Source: Octopus bimaculoides
Taxonomy: Eukaryota
Length of the DNA stretch: 64,000 nt
Assembly (NCBI RefSeq): GCF_001194135.2
Contig: NC_068998.1
Location: forward strand, 46,032,607-46,096,606
Direction of reading: 5' to 3'
The notes beneath the pieces are model-generated. The model was given only the letters and a program-made list of their open reading frames with translations. It made no database searches and was not told the origin of the DNA. This document shows, in pieces, positions 24,424-36,132 of this stretch. A program made the translations under genes and the position numbers. How positions within the stretch are numbered: position 1 is the first letter of the stretch; the number at the start of each line of letters is the position of its first letter.

Positions 24424-24570
24424 CTCTTTCTCTTTTTCATCCTTCAACTCCAGAAGTTCTCGGTTCAACAGCTCAATGTCATCCAAGGCCTTCTGTAGAC
24501 GTTCATCACCAAAATCTTGACACAGTAAAATCCTGCTTTGTCTCTTTATCACCTCTGTCTCATGGTGCAA
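24424..24570 (-). CDS. SHTN1: Shootin-1-like exon (phase 0-0): LHHETEVIKRQSRILLCQDFGDERLQKALDDIELLNRELLELKDEKEKE
   Basis: Acceptor atatttccatatcag, donor GAG|GTATGT; 147 nt; matches shootin KLKRQSHLLL...DQQLLKALDE. Confidence 0.95.
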
Positions 24571-24807
24571 CTGATATGGAAATATATAAATATACAAGCT
24601 TGGTGATGCAAAATAAAACTCAAAACATGAGTGTGTATATATATATATATATATATATCTCTTTTTTTTATTAATATTTAGAATTAGTTTGATAAGTGTT
24701 AATGCATGAAACTCTTGACTCTTGATTCCCTCTATTGCTTCTGCTAGATATCAATATATATAAGTCAGTAAATAGTGGGGTTGTGTTCACCGCACGTGGA
24801 GAAATAA

Positions 24808-25640
24808 TAGGAAAATGAAGAATAAGGCAGAATGCTAAACTGGAAGCATATTTTAATAAAGATTTCTAACCGGTTTTCATTGCGAAGCAAATTATCAAGA
24901 AGGAGAATGAAAATGTTTTTTACAAAGAAGTACAAAATTAAGAAAANNNNNNNNNNNNNNNNNNNNNNNNNNNNNNNNNNNNNNNNNNNNNNNNNNNNNN
25001 NNNNNNNNNNNNNNNNNNNNNNNNNNNNNNNNNNNNNNNNNNNNNNNNNNNNNNNNNNNNNNNNNNNNNNNNNNNNNNNNNNNNNNNNNNNNNNNNNNNN
25101 NNNNNNNNNNNNNNNNNNNNNNNNNNNNNNNNNNNNNNNNNNNNNNNNNNNNNNNNNNNNNNNNNNNNNNNNNNNNNNNNNNNNNNNNNNNNNNNNNNNN
25201 NNNNNNNNNNNNNNNNTTTCAACAGGAAGTTCATGTCTGTTGACAAAGAGTTCATAACTCCAACTAAAAAGATTTGTCTCCCCTTACACACACTTCCTGT
25301 TTTGACACCACACTTCCAGCTTAACACATAAACTTTTAGCTCCTTTTCTCTTTTTTTAAACCTAACACAACACTCAATTTTCTTGCATCCTTATTTTTCC
25401 AACCATTATCTACATGGATTACCATTGAAATTTAAGAGCTCAAAGACAATATAATGTATTGGTATGTTTATTTTTTTATATATTATTTTTTTTATATATT
25501 ATTTTCTTCATTTTGTACTTCTTTGTAAAAAACATTTTCATTCTCCTTCTTGATAATTTGCTTCACAATGAAAGCTGGTTAGAAATCTTTATTAAAATAT
25601 GCTTCCAGTTTAGCATTCTGCCTTATTCTTCATTTTCCTA
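24808..25640. repeat. 139-bp inverted repeat pair (24808-24946 and 25502-25640) bracketing a coding exon
   Basis: I count 4 mismatches between one arm and the reverse complement of the other. Confidence 0.85.
25217..25263 (-). CDS. SHTN1: Shootin-1-like exon, 5' part only, rest in N-gap: (V)GVMNSLSTDMNFLLK...
   Basis: Acceptor aatctttttag; G+TT=Val gives FRRVGVM, similar to vertebrate CNRVSML; frame open up to the gap at 25216. Confidence 0.8.
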
Positions 25641-25657
25641 TATATATATATATATAT

Positions 25658-26230
25658 ATGAGGGAGAGTCAAAAATTATACACACTCTTATTTTTCTGAT
25701 GTATTTACACAAAATCAGGAGATAAAGAAGTACGTCATTTTCCTATATAGTCTCTTTCTTATCATTGCACTTGGTCCAGCAATCCACAAGCTTGCATTTT
25801 CCCTCCAAGAAGAAGGCTTTTTGGTTGGTTGTACAACCATTTATGCACCGCTTTCTTCACATCTTCATCTGTAGGAAATCGATAACCTCATAAACCATTT
25901 TGAGCAGTCCAAAGATATGATAGTTGGAAAGGGTGAAATCTGGGCTGTAGGCAGGGTGTTCCAGCACCTCAAGACCCAATCGGTTAATAGTTTCAACGGC
26001 CTGGGCAGCCGTGTGTGCGCATGCATTGTCATGCAGCAACAAAGCTACACTTGTGCTCTGCAGTAAGCTTTTTTGACACCCATCTTGCACAGAATTTATG
26101 GAAGCTGAGAGCTTCGTGGATGATTTGATAGGGAGAACCATGATTAATCTGCAGAGAATGAGCAGAGGAATCGGCTCACTGCTCTTTGTTCTTCTTTGGT
26201 GCACATTGCTAATGGAGTGGCCATGCTTAC
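25658..26230 (-). mobile_element. Degenerate mariner (DD34D) transposon, 3' part
   Basis: LLHDNACAHTA...LGLEVLEHPAYSPDFTLSNYHIFGLLK matches LHDNARPH...HPPYSPDLAPSDYHLF; terminal repeat tgagggagagtcaaaaattat at about 25659. Confidence 0.85.
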
Positions 26231-26865
26231 ACTGTAAATCCAGAAAGAAAAATGGCTTGATATAAAGTAAACACACAACAGATACAATGATATGCACATA
26301 CCTTCTTTGCATATTGTTCTGCTTCATTACGACACTGTCGTTCTTCATTGTATTTTTTGCGTATGTCTTCGTATTCTTCATAGGAACTTTCGTAAACTGG
26401 AACAAAGAGAATTAACAGACATTAAGAAACAGCAACAGACCCACTGTGAGACTATAGTAGTGCATAACACACACTCACAAACACATATACACATATAACA
26501 CACCAGTGCATAAAATGTATCCCCTCCCCCTGCTAGTGCACAGCACATACACACAAAGACAGATGAATATATATATATAAATACATATACCACATAACAC
26601 ACCACTAGACACACATTCACACATACACACACATGCATCTATATATATATTCATACACCACACAATACACAGGCCACATACATAGATATAAATATAGTAC
26701 AAAACCCATTACACACTTACATACACATAACTTCGCACACACACACACACACAGATATATGCACATATATCATAAGGCACACACACACACACACACACAC
26801 ATAAATATACATATAGAACATAACACATCAGACAACCCAATTTTTTCAAAAACAAACATATTCAC

Positions 26866-26947
26866 CTCTTCGGAATTCTTCCAAAGTCTCTCTGTATTGT
26901 TTCAGCGCTCCTTTCATTTCTTTGTTGTCTTTTTCAACAGTAACTAA
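26866..26947 (-). CDS. SHTN1: Shootin-1-like exon (phase 0-1): LVTVEKDNKEMKGALKQYRETLEEFRR
   Basis: Acceptor ttcttcttctctacttccag, donor AGAG|GTGAAT; 82 nt; not in the ORF track but phase-compatible on both sides. Confidence 0.9.
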
Positions 26948-28766
26948 CTGGAAGTAGAGAAGAAGAACAACCATAGATTTGCCATGAACACCACAACATC
27001 TCCACATTCTCTTTACTTTTCACCTGTGATATGACAGACATGCAACTGTTGAGTGTATTATCACACACATACACACACACACATACACACACACACACAC
27101 ATACACAGTACATGGAAAAGATTAAAATCTGAGCTATGTCCTCAAGAAGTACTTCTACTAATATTATTTTTGAAACTCAGTCAAAGCAAATACACTTGGA
27201 TACTTAAAGAAATGTATTTAGATATCATAATGTTATAAATTCATTGTATACATTTTAATATTTTATGGTCATGAAATGGATTTTTCATATTGTATTGAAA
27301 TAATTGTAACTACAGAATTAAAAATAATACCATAANNNNNNNNNNNNNNNNNNNNNNNNNNNNNNNNNNNNNNNNNNNNNNNNNNNNNNNNNNNNNNNNN
27401 NNNNNNNNNNNNNNNNNNNNNNNNNNNNNNNNNNNNNNNNNNNNNNNNNNNNNNNNNNNNNNNNNNNNNNNNNNNNNNNNNNNNNNNNNNNNNNNNNNNN
27501 NNNNNNNNNNNNNNNNNNNNNNNNNNNNNNNNNNNNNNNNNNNNNNNNNNNNNNNNNNNNNNNNNNNNNNNNNNNNNNNNNNNNNNNNNNNNNNNNNNNN
27601 NNNNNNNNNNNNNNNNNNNNNNNNNNNNNNNNNNNNNNNNNNNNNNNNNNNNNNNNNNNNNNNNNNNNNNNNNNNNNNNNNNNNNNNNNNNNNNNNNNNN
27701 NNNNNNNNNNNNNNNNNNNNNNNNNNNNNNNNNNNNNNNNNNNNNNNNNNNNNNNNNNNNNNNNNNNNNNNNNNNNNNNNNNNNNNNNNNNNNNNNNNNN
27801 NNNNNNNNNNNNNNNNNNNNNNNNNNNNNNNNNNNNNNNNNNNNNNNNNNNNNNNNNNNNNNNNNNNNNNNNNNNNNNNNNNNNNNNNNNNNNNNNNNNN
27901 NNNNNNNNNNNNNNNNNNNNNNNNNNNNNNNNNNNNNNNNNNNNNNNNNNNNNNNNNNNNNNNNNNNNNNNNNNNNNNNNNNNNNNNNNNNNNNNNNNNN
28001 NNNNNNNNNNNNNNNNNNNNNNNNNNNNNNNNNNNNNNNNNNNNNNNNNNNNNNNNNNNNNNNNNNNNNNNNNNNNNNNNNNNNNNNNNNNNNNNNNNNN
28101 NNNNNNNNNNNNNNNNNNNNNNNNNNNNNNNNNNNNNNNNNNNNNNNNNNNNNNNNNNNNNNNNNNNNNNNNNNNNNNNNNNNNNNNNNNNNNNNNNNNN
28201 NNNNNNNNNNNNNNNNNNNNNNNNNNNNNNNNNNNNNNNNNNNNNNNNNTATATATATATATATATATATGTATGTATATATGTATGTATAATGGATGAG
28301 TTAAAATAATGCTCATTATATATAATTTCTTTATTATAGCAAATTTGGCTTACAACTGCTTCCAGTAGCCATTATAGATAGGTTTACTCAATTGGTCTAT
28401 TAATCAATTGAGGTAAAGTGAACTACCTAAGAAAATCAATGATACCTTCATCAAAGCCATTGCTGAAAATAACAAACAGAGCACCTGAAGAATGGCGATT
28501 GTATGGGGAAAATGGGGGAAGATTGAGATGTTTAAGTAGAACAGGTAAAGGCAGGTTACAATGGGGTAGTAGCGGTTGAGGGAGTGGTACTTAGTAGAAG
28601 TAGCAGTAATAATATGAGTAGTAGTAGTATTAGGAGTTGGAGTATTAGAGACAGTCACAAACATAGCTCAGCAACATTACCTTATTGGCATTGTATATAG
28701 ATCAGATATTCTCCAGCCCATGTGATAATCCCTCACTATTTCTTATATATATATAGATAGATAGAT

Positions 28767-29020
28767 ATTCTTTTACTTGTTTCAGTCATTTGGCTGCAGC
28801 CATGCCGGAGCATCATCTTTAGTCGAACGGATCAACCCCAGGTTTTATTCTTTGTAAGCCTAGTACTTATTCTATCGGCTTCATTCGCCAAACCACTAAG
28901 TTACGGGGATGTAAACACACCAATATCGGTTGTCAAGCAATGATGGGGGCGACAAACACACACACAAATACATACATACATATATATATGTACGTATATA
29001 TACATATATATATGTATGTT

Positions 29021-29066
<46 letters not shown>

Positions 29067-29142
29067 CACACACACACAATGGGCTTCTTTCAGTTTTCGT
29101 CTACCAAATCCACTAACAAGGCTTTGGTCAACCCGAGGTTAT
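28767..29142 (-). mobile_element. SINE family A, cut by gap
   Basis: Collinear with other family A copies. Confidence 0.8.
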
Positions 29143-29828
29143 NNNNNNNNNNNNNNNNNNNNNNNNNNNNNNNNNNNNNNNNNNNNNNNNNNNNNNNNNN
29201 NNNNNNNNNNNNNNNNNNNNNNNNNNNNNNNNNNNNNNNNNNNNNNNNNNNNNNNNNNNNNNNNNNNNNNNNNNNNNNNNNNNNNNNNNNNNNNNNNNNN
29301 NNNNNNNNNNNNNNNNNNNNNNNNNNNNNNNNNNNNNNNNNNNNNNNNNNNNNNNNNNNNNNNNNNNNNNNNNNNNNNNNNNNNNNNNNNNNNNNNNNNN
29401 NNNNNNNNNNNNNNNNNNNNNNNNNNNNNNNNNNNNNNNNNNNNNNNNNNNNNNNNNNNNNNNNNNNNNNNNNNNNNNNNNNNNNNNNNNNNNNNNNNNN
29501 NNNNNNNNTATATATATATATATATATATATATTAGGAAAAATAATAATCAGGTACTCAGATGTCTGGATGGTTGTACATTTACAGATTTTCATTCATAT
29601 GTCACATGTTTTATAAATTAGCGCTTTCACCTAGTCTTGTAGGGTTATCAAATTTTGATCACCCTACAAAACTCTATGGTAGAAGCCACTCGCCCAAGCT
29701 GTCACACAGTGGGACTAAACCCAGAACCATGTGGTTGGGAAGCAAGCTTCTTGCCACACAGTCATGCTTTTAAATGTGTTTGTTAGTGTGACTAACCCTA
29801 ACCCTAACCCTGCAACTTCCCAACTTAC

Positions 29829-29926
29829 CCTCTCTTTGGTTTCTCGATTCTCTTCTTCTCGGTTGTTCTGTTCCTCTTGGAGTTCATTATTCTTTAACTT
29901 CATTTCAGCCACTTTATTCTGTAGAT
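29829..29926 (-). CDS. SHTN1: Shootin-1-like exon (phase 1-0): (D)LQNKVAEMKLKNNELQEEQNNREEENRETKER
   Basis: Acceptor ttatcctttctcag, donor AGG|GTAAGT; 98 nt; coiled-coil composition; phases fit neighbours. Confidence 0.9.
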
Positions 29927-30224
29927 CTGAGAAAGGATAATCAGACATTACGTATGTGCGTGTGTGTGTGTGTGGCGTGGGGGGGGGATGTACATAAATG
30001 CAAATGCATATACAATTAAGGTTGTGGTAGATGCATGTATACATACACACACACCATCATCATCATCATCATCATTGGTTTAACATCTGCTTTTCCATGC
30101 TTGCTTGAGTTGGTCTCTTTGCCAAACCACTAAGTTAAGGGGACATAAACACCAGTCATCAAGTGGTGATGGGGGGCAAACACTGTCACAAAGACACACA
30201 CATAGGTTTATATATCGTTCATCG

Positions 30225-30435
30225 TTTAACGTCCGCTTTCCATGCTAGCATGGGTTGGACGATTTGACTGAGGACTGGTGAAACCGGATGGCAACACCAG
30301 GCTCCAGTCTGATTTGGCAGAGTTTCTACAGCTGGATGCCCTTCCTAACGCCAACCACTCAGAGAGTGTAGTGGGTGCTTTTACGTGTCACCCGCACGAA
30401 AACGGCCATGCTCGAAATGGTGTCTTTTATGTGCC
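30225..30435 (-). mobile_element. 3' UTR/tail of young RTE LINE, cut by gap
   Basis: Essentially identical to 56125-56345 and to the reverse complement of about 62025-62245. Confidence 0.8.
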
Positions 30436-31053
30436 NNNNNNNNNNNNNNNNNNNNNNNNNNNNNNNNNNNNNNNNNNNNNNNNNNNNNNNNNNNNNNNNN
30501 NNNNNNNNNNNNNNNNNNNNNNNNNNNNNNNNNNNNNNNNNNNNNNNNNNNNNNNNNNNNNNNNNNNNNNNNNNNNNNNNNNNNNNNNNNNNNNNNNNNN
30601 NNNNNNNNNNNNNNNNNNNNNNNNNNNNNNNNNNNNNNNNNNNNNNNNNNNNNNNNNNNNNNNNNNNNNNNNNNNNNNNNNNNNNNNNNNNNNNNNNNNN
30701 NNNNNNNNNNNNNNNNNNNNNNNNNNNNNNNNNNNNNNNNNNNNNNNNNNNNNNNNNNNNNNNNNNNNNNNNNNNNNNNNNNNNNNNNNNNNNNNNNNNN
30801 NNNNNNNNNNNNNNNNNNNNNNNNNNNNNNNNNNNNNNNNNNNNNNNNNNNNNNNNNNNNNNNNNNNNNNNNNNNNNNNNNNNNNNNNNNNNNNNNNNNN
30901 NNNNNNNNNNNNNNNNNNNNNNNNNNNNNNNNNNNNNNNNNNNNNNNNNNNNNNNNNNNNNNNNNNNNNNNNNNNNNNNNNNNNNNNNNNNNNNNNNNNN
31001 NNNNNNNNNNNNNNNNNNNNNNNNNNNNNNNNNNNNNNNNNNNNNNNNNNNNN

Positions 31054-31106
<53 letters not shown>

Positions 31107-31379
31107 CAATCCCAGAAACCTTTACAGTTACAGTGTATAAACATGTGACGTTAACCATCTCTCCATACCCTCTCGCACCACACACATTCCTGCTATGCAA
31201 TGGGAATTTGTTAAGCCTGAATTCCATCAAGAGATGATGATGATGATAGAAAGATAATTTGTTAAAATAATTTCAAATATGGTATTTCTGAGTCACCGTT
31301 TGATATTTCTACTGCACTGAGCTGTCAACTTTTTATTCTCACCCGGCATACAGCCAACTACTATTTCCTTCCATCTTTC

Positions 31380-32340
31380 ATGTCTGTCTTCTGTCCATCT
31401 GTCAGTCTATCTGTCTATCTATCTGTCTGTCTGTCCATCCCTCCTTCTGTTTATCTGTCTATCTAGGTAACTATCCAGTTATCTATCTATCATCTGTCTA
31501 TCTAGCTGACTTTCTACTTACCTCCTTTTCTCTCTCCCTGTCTATCTATCATTCTATCTCTGTCTTTCTGACTGACTCTCTATTTGTCTGTCTCCCTATC
31601 TATCTAATCTATCTATCTATCTTTGGATGTATCTATCTACCCATCCACCCACTCATCCACTCATCAGTATATATCAGTTTGTCTTAATGCCTGAATATTT
31701 GTATCTGTTTGACTGTCTATTAATTATTCTAATTAAATTATTCTAATTAACTAAATATTTAATCAATATACCAAGCAACCTATTCGTTGATGCACTACTT
31801 CCCTTGTCTGTATATCTATCCGTCAACCAACTATCAATCAATCCATCCACCCCTTTTGTCTATCTATCTACCCATCCCTTTTGATCAAACTCCTTTTTCC
31901 TTCCTACGATCCCTTTTGATCCACACCACCCTACTTCCTTTTTTTCCCTTCCCCCTCCCCAAAAGAAAAGCTCTACATTGTATTTGTTCAATCTTTGTTG
32001 AGCCCTGTGTGGCTAATAAAAGAAATGTATCTACCCACCCATCTATCTACCCACTCATCTACCCAACTTCTACCCACTCATCTACCCAACTATCTACCCC
32101 TCTACCCAACTATCTACCCCTCTACCCATCTATCTACCCGTCTACCCATCTATCCATTTATCTACCCATCTATCCATCCATCCATCCATTCATCCATCCA
32201 TCCATTCATCCATCCATCCATATCAATCTATCTATCTCTATCTATCTACATCTGTCTATCTATCTACCCATCTATCCACCCATCTATCTATCCATCCATC
32301 CATCATTCTGCCTATTTGTCTATACATCTATTTTTATCTA
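31380..32340. repeat. (TCTA)n/(TCCA)n/ctaccc GATA-type degenerate tetranucleotide satellite
   Basis: Directly visible. Confidence 0.8.
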
Positions 32341-32575
32341 CAAACGGAAAACATCAACAGTTCCTTCTTACCCTGGGACATAAAACAAAACAAACCAACA
32401 CCAACACCCCCCCACCACCACCACCACCGCATGCCACAGCCACCCCTACCCCACAATCCATTTCATCTAACCACCATCACTTCCACACCTTCACTGCCAC
32501 CACCGTCACCCACACACCTCCCAATTCACCCCTTCACCCTAATCTTCCCAATCCGTTGTCTGTCCCATCCTTTAC

Positions 32576-32741
32576 CTTCCAGTTGATTCTGGTAATGGAT
32601 TCTCTCCTCTGAATCCTCGTTCTGCTGACCACCATCTTCCTTCTCTATATCGATCTCAAACACGCGAAGGTCTGTGTTCAAATCTAGTTTCGACAGCAAA
32701 TCTTGGCTCTTCCGACGCAGTTCTTTATTTTCTTTGGTCAC
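32576..32741 (-). CDS. SHTN1: Shootin-1-like exon (phase 0-1): [55 protein letters not shown]
   Basis: Acceptor tctctttgcttccag, donor GAAG|GTAAA; 166 nt; aligns without gaps to shootin LNKENKTLKRISMLYMAKL. Confidence 0.93.
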
Positions 32742-32934
32742 CTGGAAGCAAAGAGACAACAAATTCAAATGACATGGAGATGTATTCTTATACACACACA
32801 CACACACACACACATACACACACTTTCTCTCTCTCTCCCTCTCTCACACAAGTACACACTTTCTCTCTCTCTCACTCACACACAAGCACACACACTTTCT
32901 ATTTTCTTCACATAAACATTCCCTTTCACTTACA

Positions 32935-33007
<73 letters not shown>

Positions 33008-33604
33008 CCTCTCTCTCTCTCTCTTTCTCTTTCTCTTACACACACGTTCTCTTTCACTTACACACACACAAACACACACACACACACACACACTCTCTCA
33101 CTCATTTTCTCTCTCTCACTCATTTTCTCTCTCTCACTCATTTTCTCTCTCTCTCTCTCACTCGATTTCTCTCTCTCTCTCACTCATTTTCACTTTCTCT
33201 CTCTCACTCACTTTCTCTCTCACACAAGCACACAAGGAAATTTTTTTTTTTTACATTTCACAGGTCTCAGTACTTTCAAAGACCTGTGAAATGTAAAATA
33301 AATTTCCTTTACCTGAAAAACAGGTGAGGGTTGGCAACTGGAAGAGCTTCAAGTAATAAAACCCTCTCTCAATATCAATTGCCATCCAAGCTATACTAAC
33401 ATACGAAAAAGAAAAAAAAACATCTGTCAACCACACAGATTCACATAGCTGTTGAAGTCCAAATTCTAGTGATGACATTTTGTTCAACAGTTAAAGACAA
33501 AACCTTTGATTATGTATTGGAAAAATTCAAAGAACCAGACGCAATCAATATAAGTTTTCAACATATAACCAACTCTATGGTTCATATAAATGTGTTGTAC
33601 TTAC

Positions 33605-33699
33605 TTTCGATGCATACTTTTCAGCTTCTTGTCGACAATCTGATTCAATTTGATATTTAGCTTTCAGAAATTGGTATTCCTTCCACACTGGTTCCAATA
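33605..33699 (-). CDS. SHTN1: Shootin-1-like exon (phase 1-0): (L)LEPVWKEYQFLKAKYQIESDCRQEAEKYASK
   Basis: Acceptor ttcctccttttatttag, donor AAA|GTAAGT; 95 nt; matches shootin motif LEIEKTCRESAEALATK. Confidence 0.93.
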
Positions 33700-34039
33700 C
33701 TAAATAAAAGGAGGAAAATGGAGAGACAAAGAACACAAATGTAAACAGATAAAGAATATGATACACACAAGCACACACATATATACATGTATATATATAT
33801 ATTCCCATTTAAACATGGATGTTCTGTTTGAACAGACTTTACTGTGATATTTGCTATGAGAGAAACTCTCATTTGGGATTTTAGTGCAAATGCACACTTG
33901 TTGGGTTATATCACTAGTGAGGAAATAACAGCACTCCAACTCAAGTGTTGAGGCCATGAAATCTTATGATTTTGAGATCCTTTGATCACATCGGTGATAG
34001 ATGCTCAACCGCAAGAGATAGCAGTGACTATATCATCAT

Positions 34040-34677
34040 CATCATCATCATCATCATCATCGTTTAACGTCCGCTTTCCAAGCTAGCATGGGTTGGACGA
34101 TTTGACTGAGGACTGGTGAAACCGGATGGCAACACCAGGCTCCAATCTAATTTGGCAGAGTTTCTACAGCTGGATGCCCTTCCTAACGCCAACCACTCAG
34201 AGAGTGTAGTGGGTGCTTTTACGTGTCGCCCGCACGAAAACGGCCACGCTCAAAATGGTGTCTTTTATGTGCCACCTGCACAAGAGCCAGTCCAGGGGCA
34301 CTGGCAACGATCTCGCTCGAAAACCCTACAAGGCCAGTCAGGCGGTACTGGCAATGGTCACGCTCAAAGATATATATATATATATCATTATCATTTAACA
34401 TCCGCTTTCCATGCTGGCATGGGTTGGATGGTTTGACTGAGGACTGGCAAGCCAGTAGGCTGCACCAGGCTCCAATCTGACCTGGCAAGGTTTCTATAGC
34501 TGGACGCTCTTCCTAGCACCAACCACTCTGGGAGTGTAGTGGGTGCTTTTTACATGCCATTGGCATGGGAGCCAGTCAGGGGGCACTGGCATTGACCACA
34601 TTTGGGTGGTACTTTTTACGTGCCACCTGTACAGAAGCCAGTTGGAGCACTGGCATCAACTACATTCGGATGGTGCT

Positions 34678-34680
<3 letters not shown>
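34040..34680 (-). mobile_element. Two tandem RTE-LINE 3' ends, one young and one older, with (GAT)n tails
   Basis: catcatcgtttaacgtccgctttcc... at about 34055 and diverged copy at about 34390. Confidence 0.8.
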
Positions 34681-34739
<59 letters not shown>

Positions 34740-35039
34740 CATAGTAGCCATGCTAACCAAATTCCTTCTTAGTTCCCATAAAACCATTATAAATGCCAGT
34801 GGCCCATTGACAGACTTCATTGATCTCAACCAAAAAAAAACATAAAAAACCCCAAAGAAAACCAAAAAACCCCACTTCAATGAGAAGCAATGACAAATTG
34901 TTTTACATTATTATACACAATAATTGCTGCTGCTGATGTTACTACAACTACTAACTGCAACAATATCAACAACAATAATAATCCTTTTTTGCTGCTAAGC
35001 ATTTTCCCCTGTGTACTAACAACAGCAATAAAAATAATG

Positions 35040-35400
35040 GTTTCAAATTTTTCCACAAGGGCAGCAATTTTGGGGGATGGGATGAGTTGGTTACATTGAC
35101 CCCAGTGTTCAACTGGTACTTATTTTATCACCCCTGAAAGGATGAAAGGCAAAGTCGACCTTGCTGGAATTTGAACTCAGAACTTAGCACAAGTCCTGAA
35201 TTTTTTTTGTGGGCGGATAGGCTATTCGATTACATTGATCCCAGTACATAACTGGTACTTATTTCATTGACCCTGAAAGGATGAAAGGCAAAGTTGACCT
35301 TGGCAGAATTTGAACTTAGTGGTATTTCGTCTGTCTTTACGCTCTAAGCATTTCTCCCGGCATGCTAATAATTCTGCCAGCTCACCGCCTTAATGATAAT
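35040..35400 (-). mobile_element. SINE family B tandem copies
   Basis: ccagctcaccgcc head at about 35377; repeated gaaaggcaaagt(c/t)gacctt. Confidence 0.75.
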
Positions 35401-35448
35401 AATAATAATAATAATAATAATCATAATAATAATGGTACAACTACTTAC

Positions 35449-35509
35449 ATTTAGTGAGATCTTCGAACTTATCTTCAAGTGAAGTTTTCGCTCGGATAAG
35501 TTTTCCTCT
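35449..35509 (-). CDS. SHTN1: Shootin-1-like exon (phase 0-1): RGKLIRAKTSLEDKFEDLTK
   Basis: Acceptor tttcttatttctcttttcag, donor AAAT|GTAAGT; 61 nt; T+TA gives Leu with the next exon. Confidence 0.85.
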
Positions 35510-35701
35510 CTGAAAAGAGAAATAAGAAATGACAACACTAATATACATGTGTATATATGTATGTATGTGCATATGCATGTGTGTCTACACACACATACAA
35601 GCTTTGACAACTGAAGGTAAATTGAGGAAGGTGATGTAGATGACACTCACGGATGGGTGGATGGATGGGTCTCAGTCAGTTCTTAGGGATGAGAATTTAG
35701 T

Positions 35702-36132
35702 TGTAGCAAACTCATAAGAGGCGGAGAGAGAACGTAAGTTCGTTTGCCCGAACATGAGAAATTATTGATTTCTCATTGGTTAAAAATTACTGCCCATATA
35801 CGAATTATGAACTTCGTTGAAGAAATCTTTCACGGAGTTACGGTTCTATGATTCGAGTATGAGTAATTATAAAAACCCTGATTTTCGGCAAAATCTCCAG
35901 TGTTCGTGGATTTGAGTGGCTGTCCAACAAACACTGGAGATTATGCCGAAAATCAGGGTTTTTATAACTACTCATACACGAATCATAGAAGCGTAACCCC
36001 GTGAAAGATTTCTTCAACGAAGTTCATAATTCGTATATGGGCAGTAATTTTTAACCAATGAGAAATCAATAATTTCTCATGTTCGGGCAAACGAACTTAC
36101 GTTCTCTCTCCGCCTCTTATGAGTTTGCTACA
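35702..36132. mobile_element. 431-bp near-perfect palindrome (fold-back MITE): 205-bp arms, 25-nt loop
   Basis: tgtagcaaactcataagaggcggagagag... mirrored by ...ctctctccgcctcttatgagtttgctaca; 5 mismatches, all in the inner ~70 bp. Confidence 0.92.

Noticed and set aside
30278-30435. Recurrent ORF MKPDGNTRLQSDLAEFLQLDALP (also 34116, 56189, 61930)
   Set aside because: Identical because it lies in the repeated RTE 3' UTR read antisense; not a gene family
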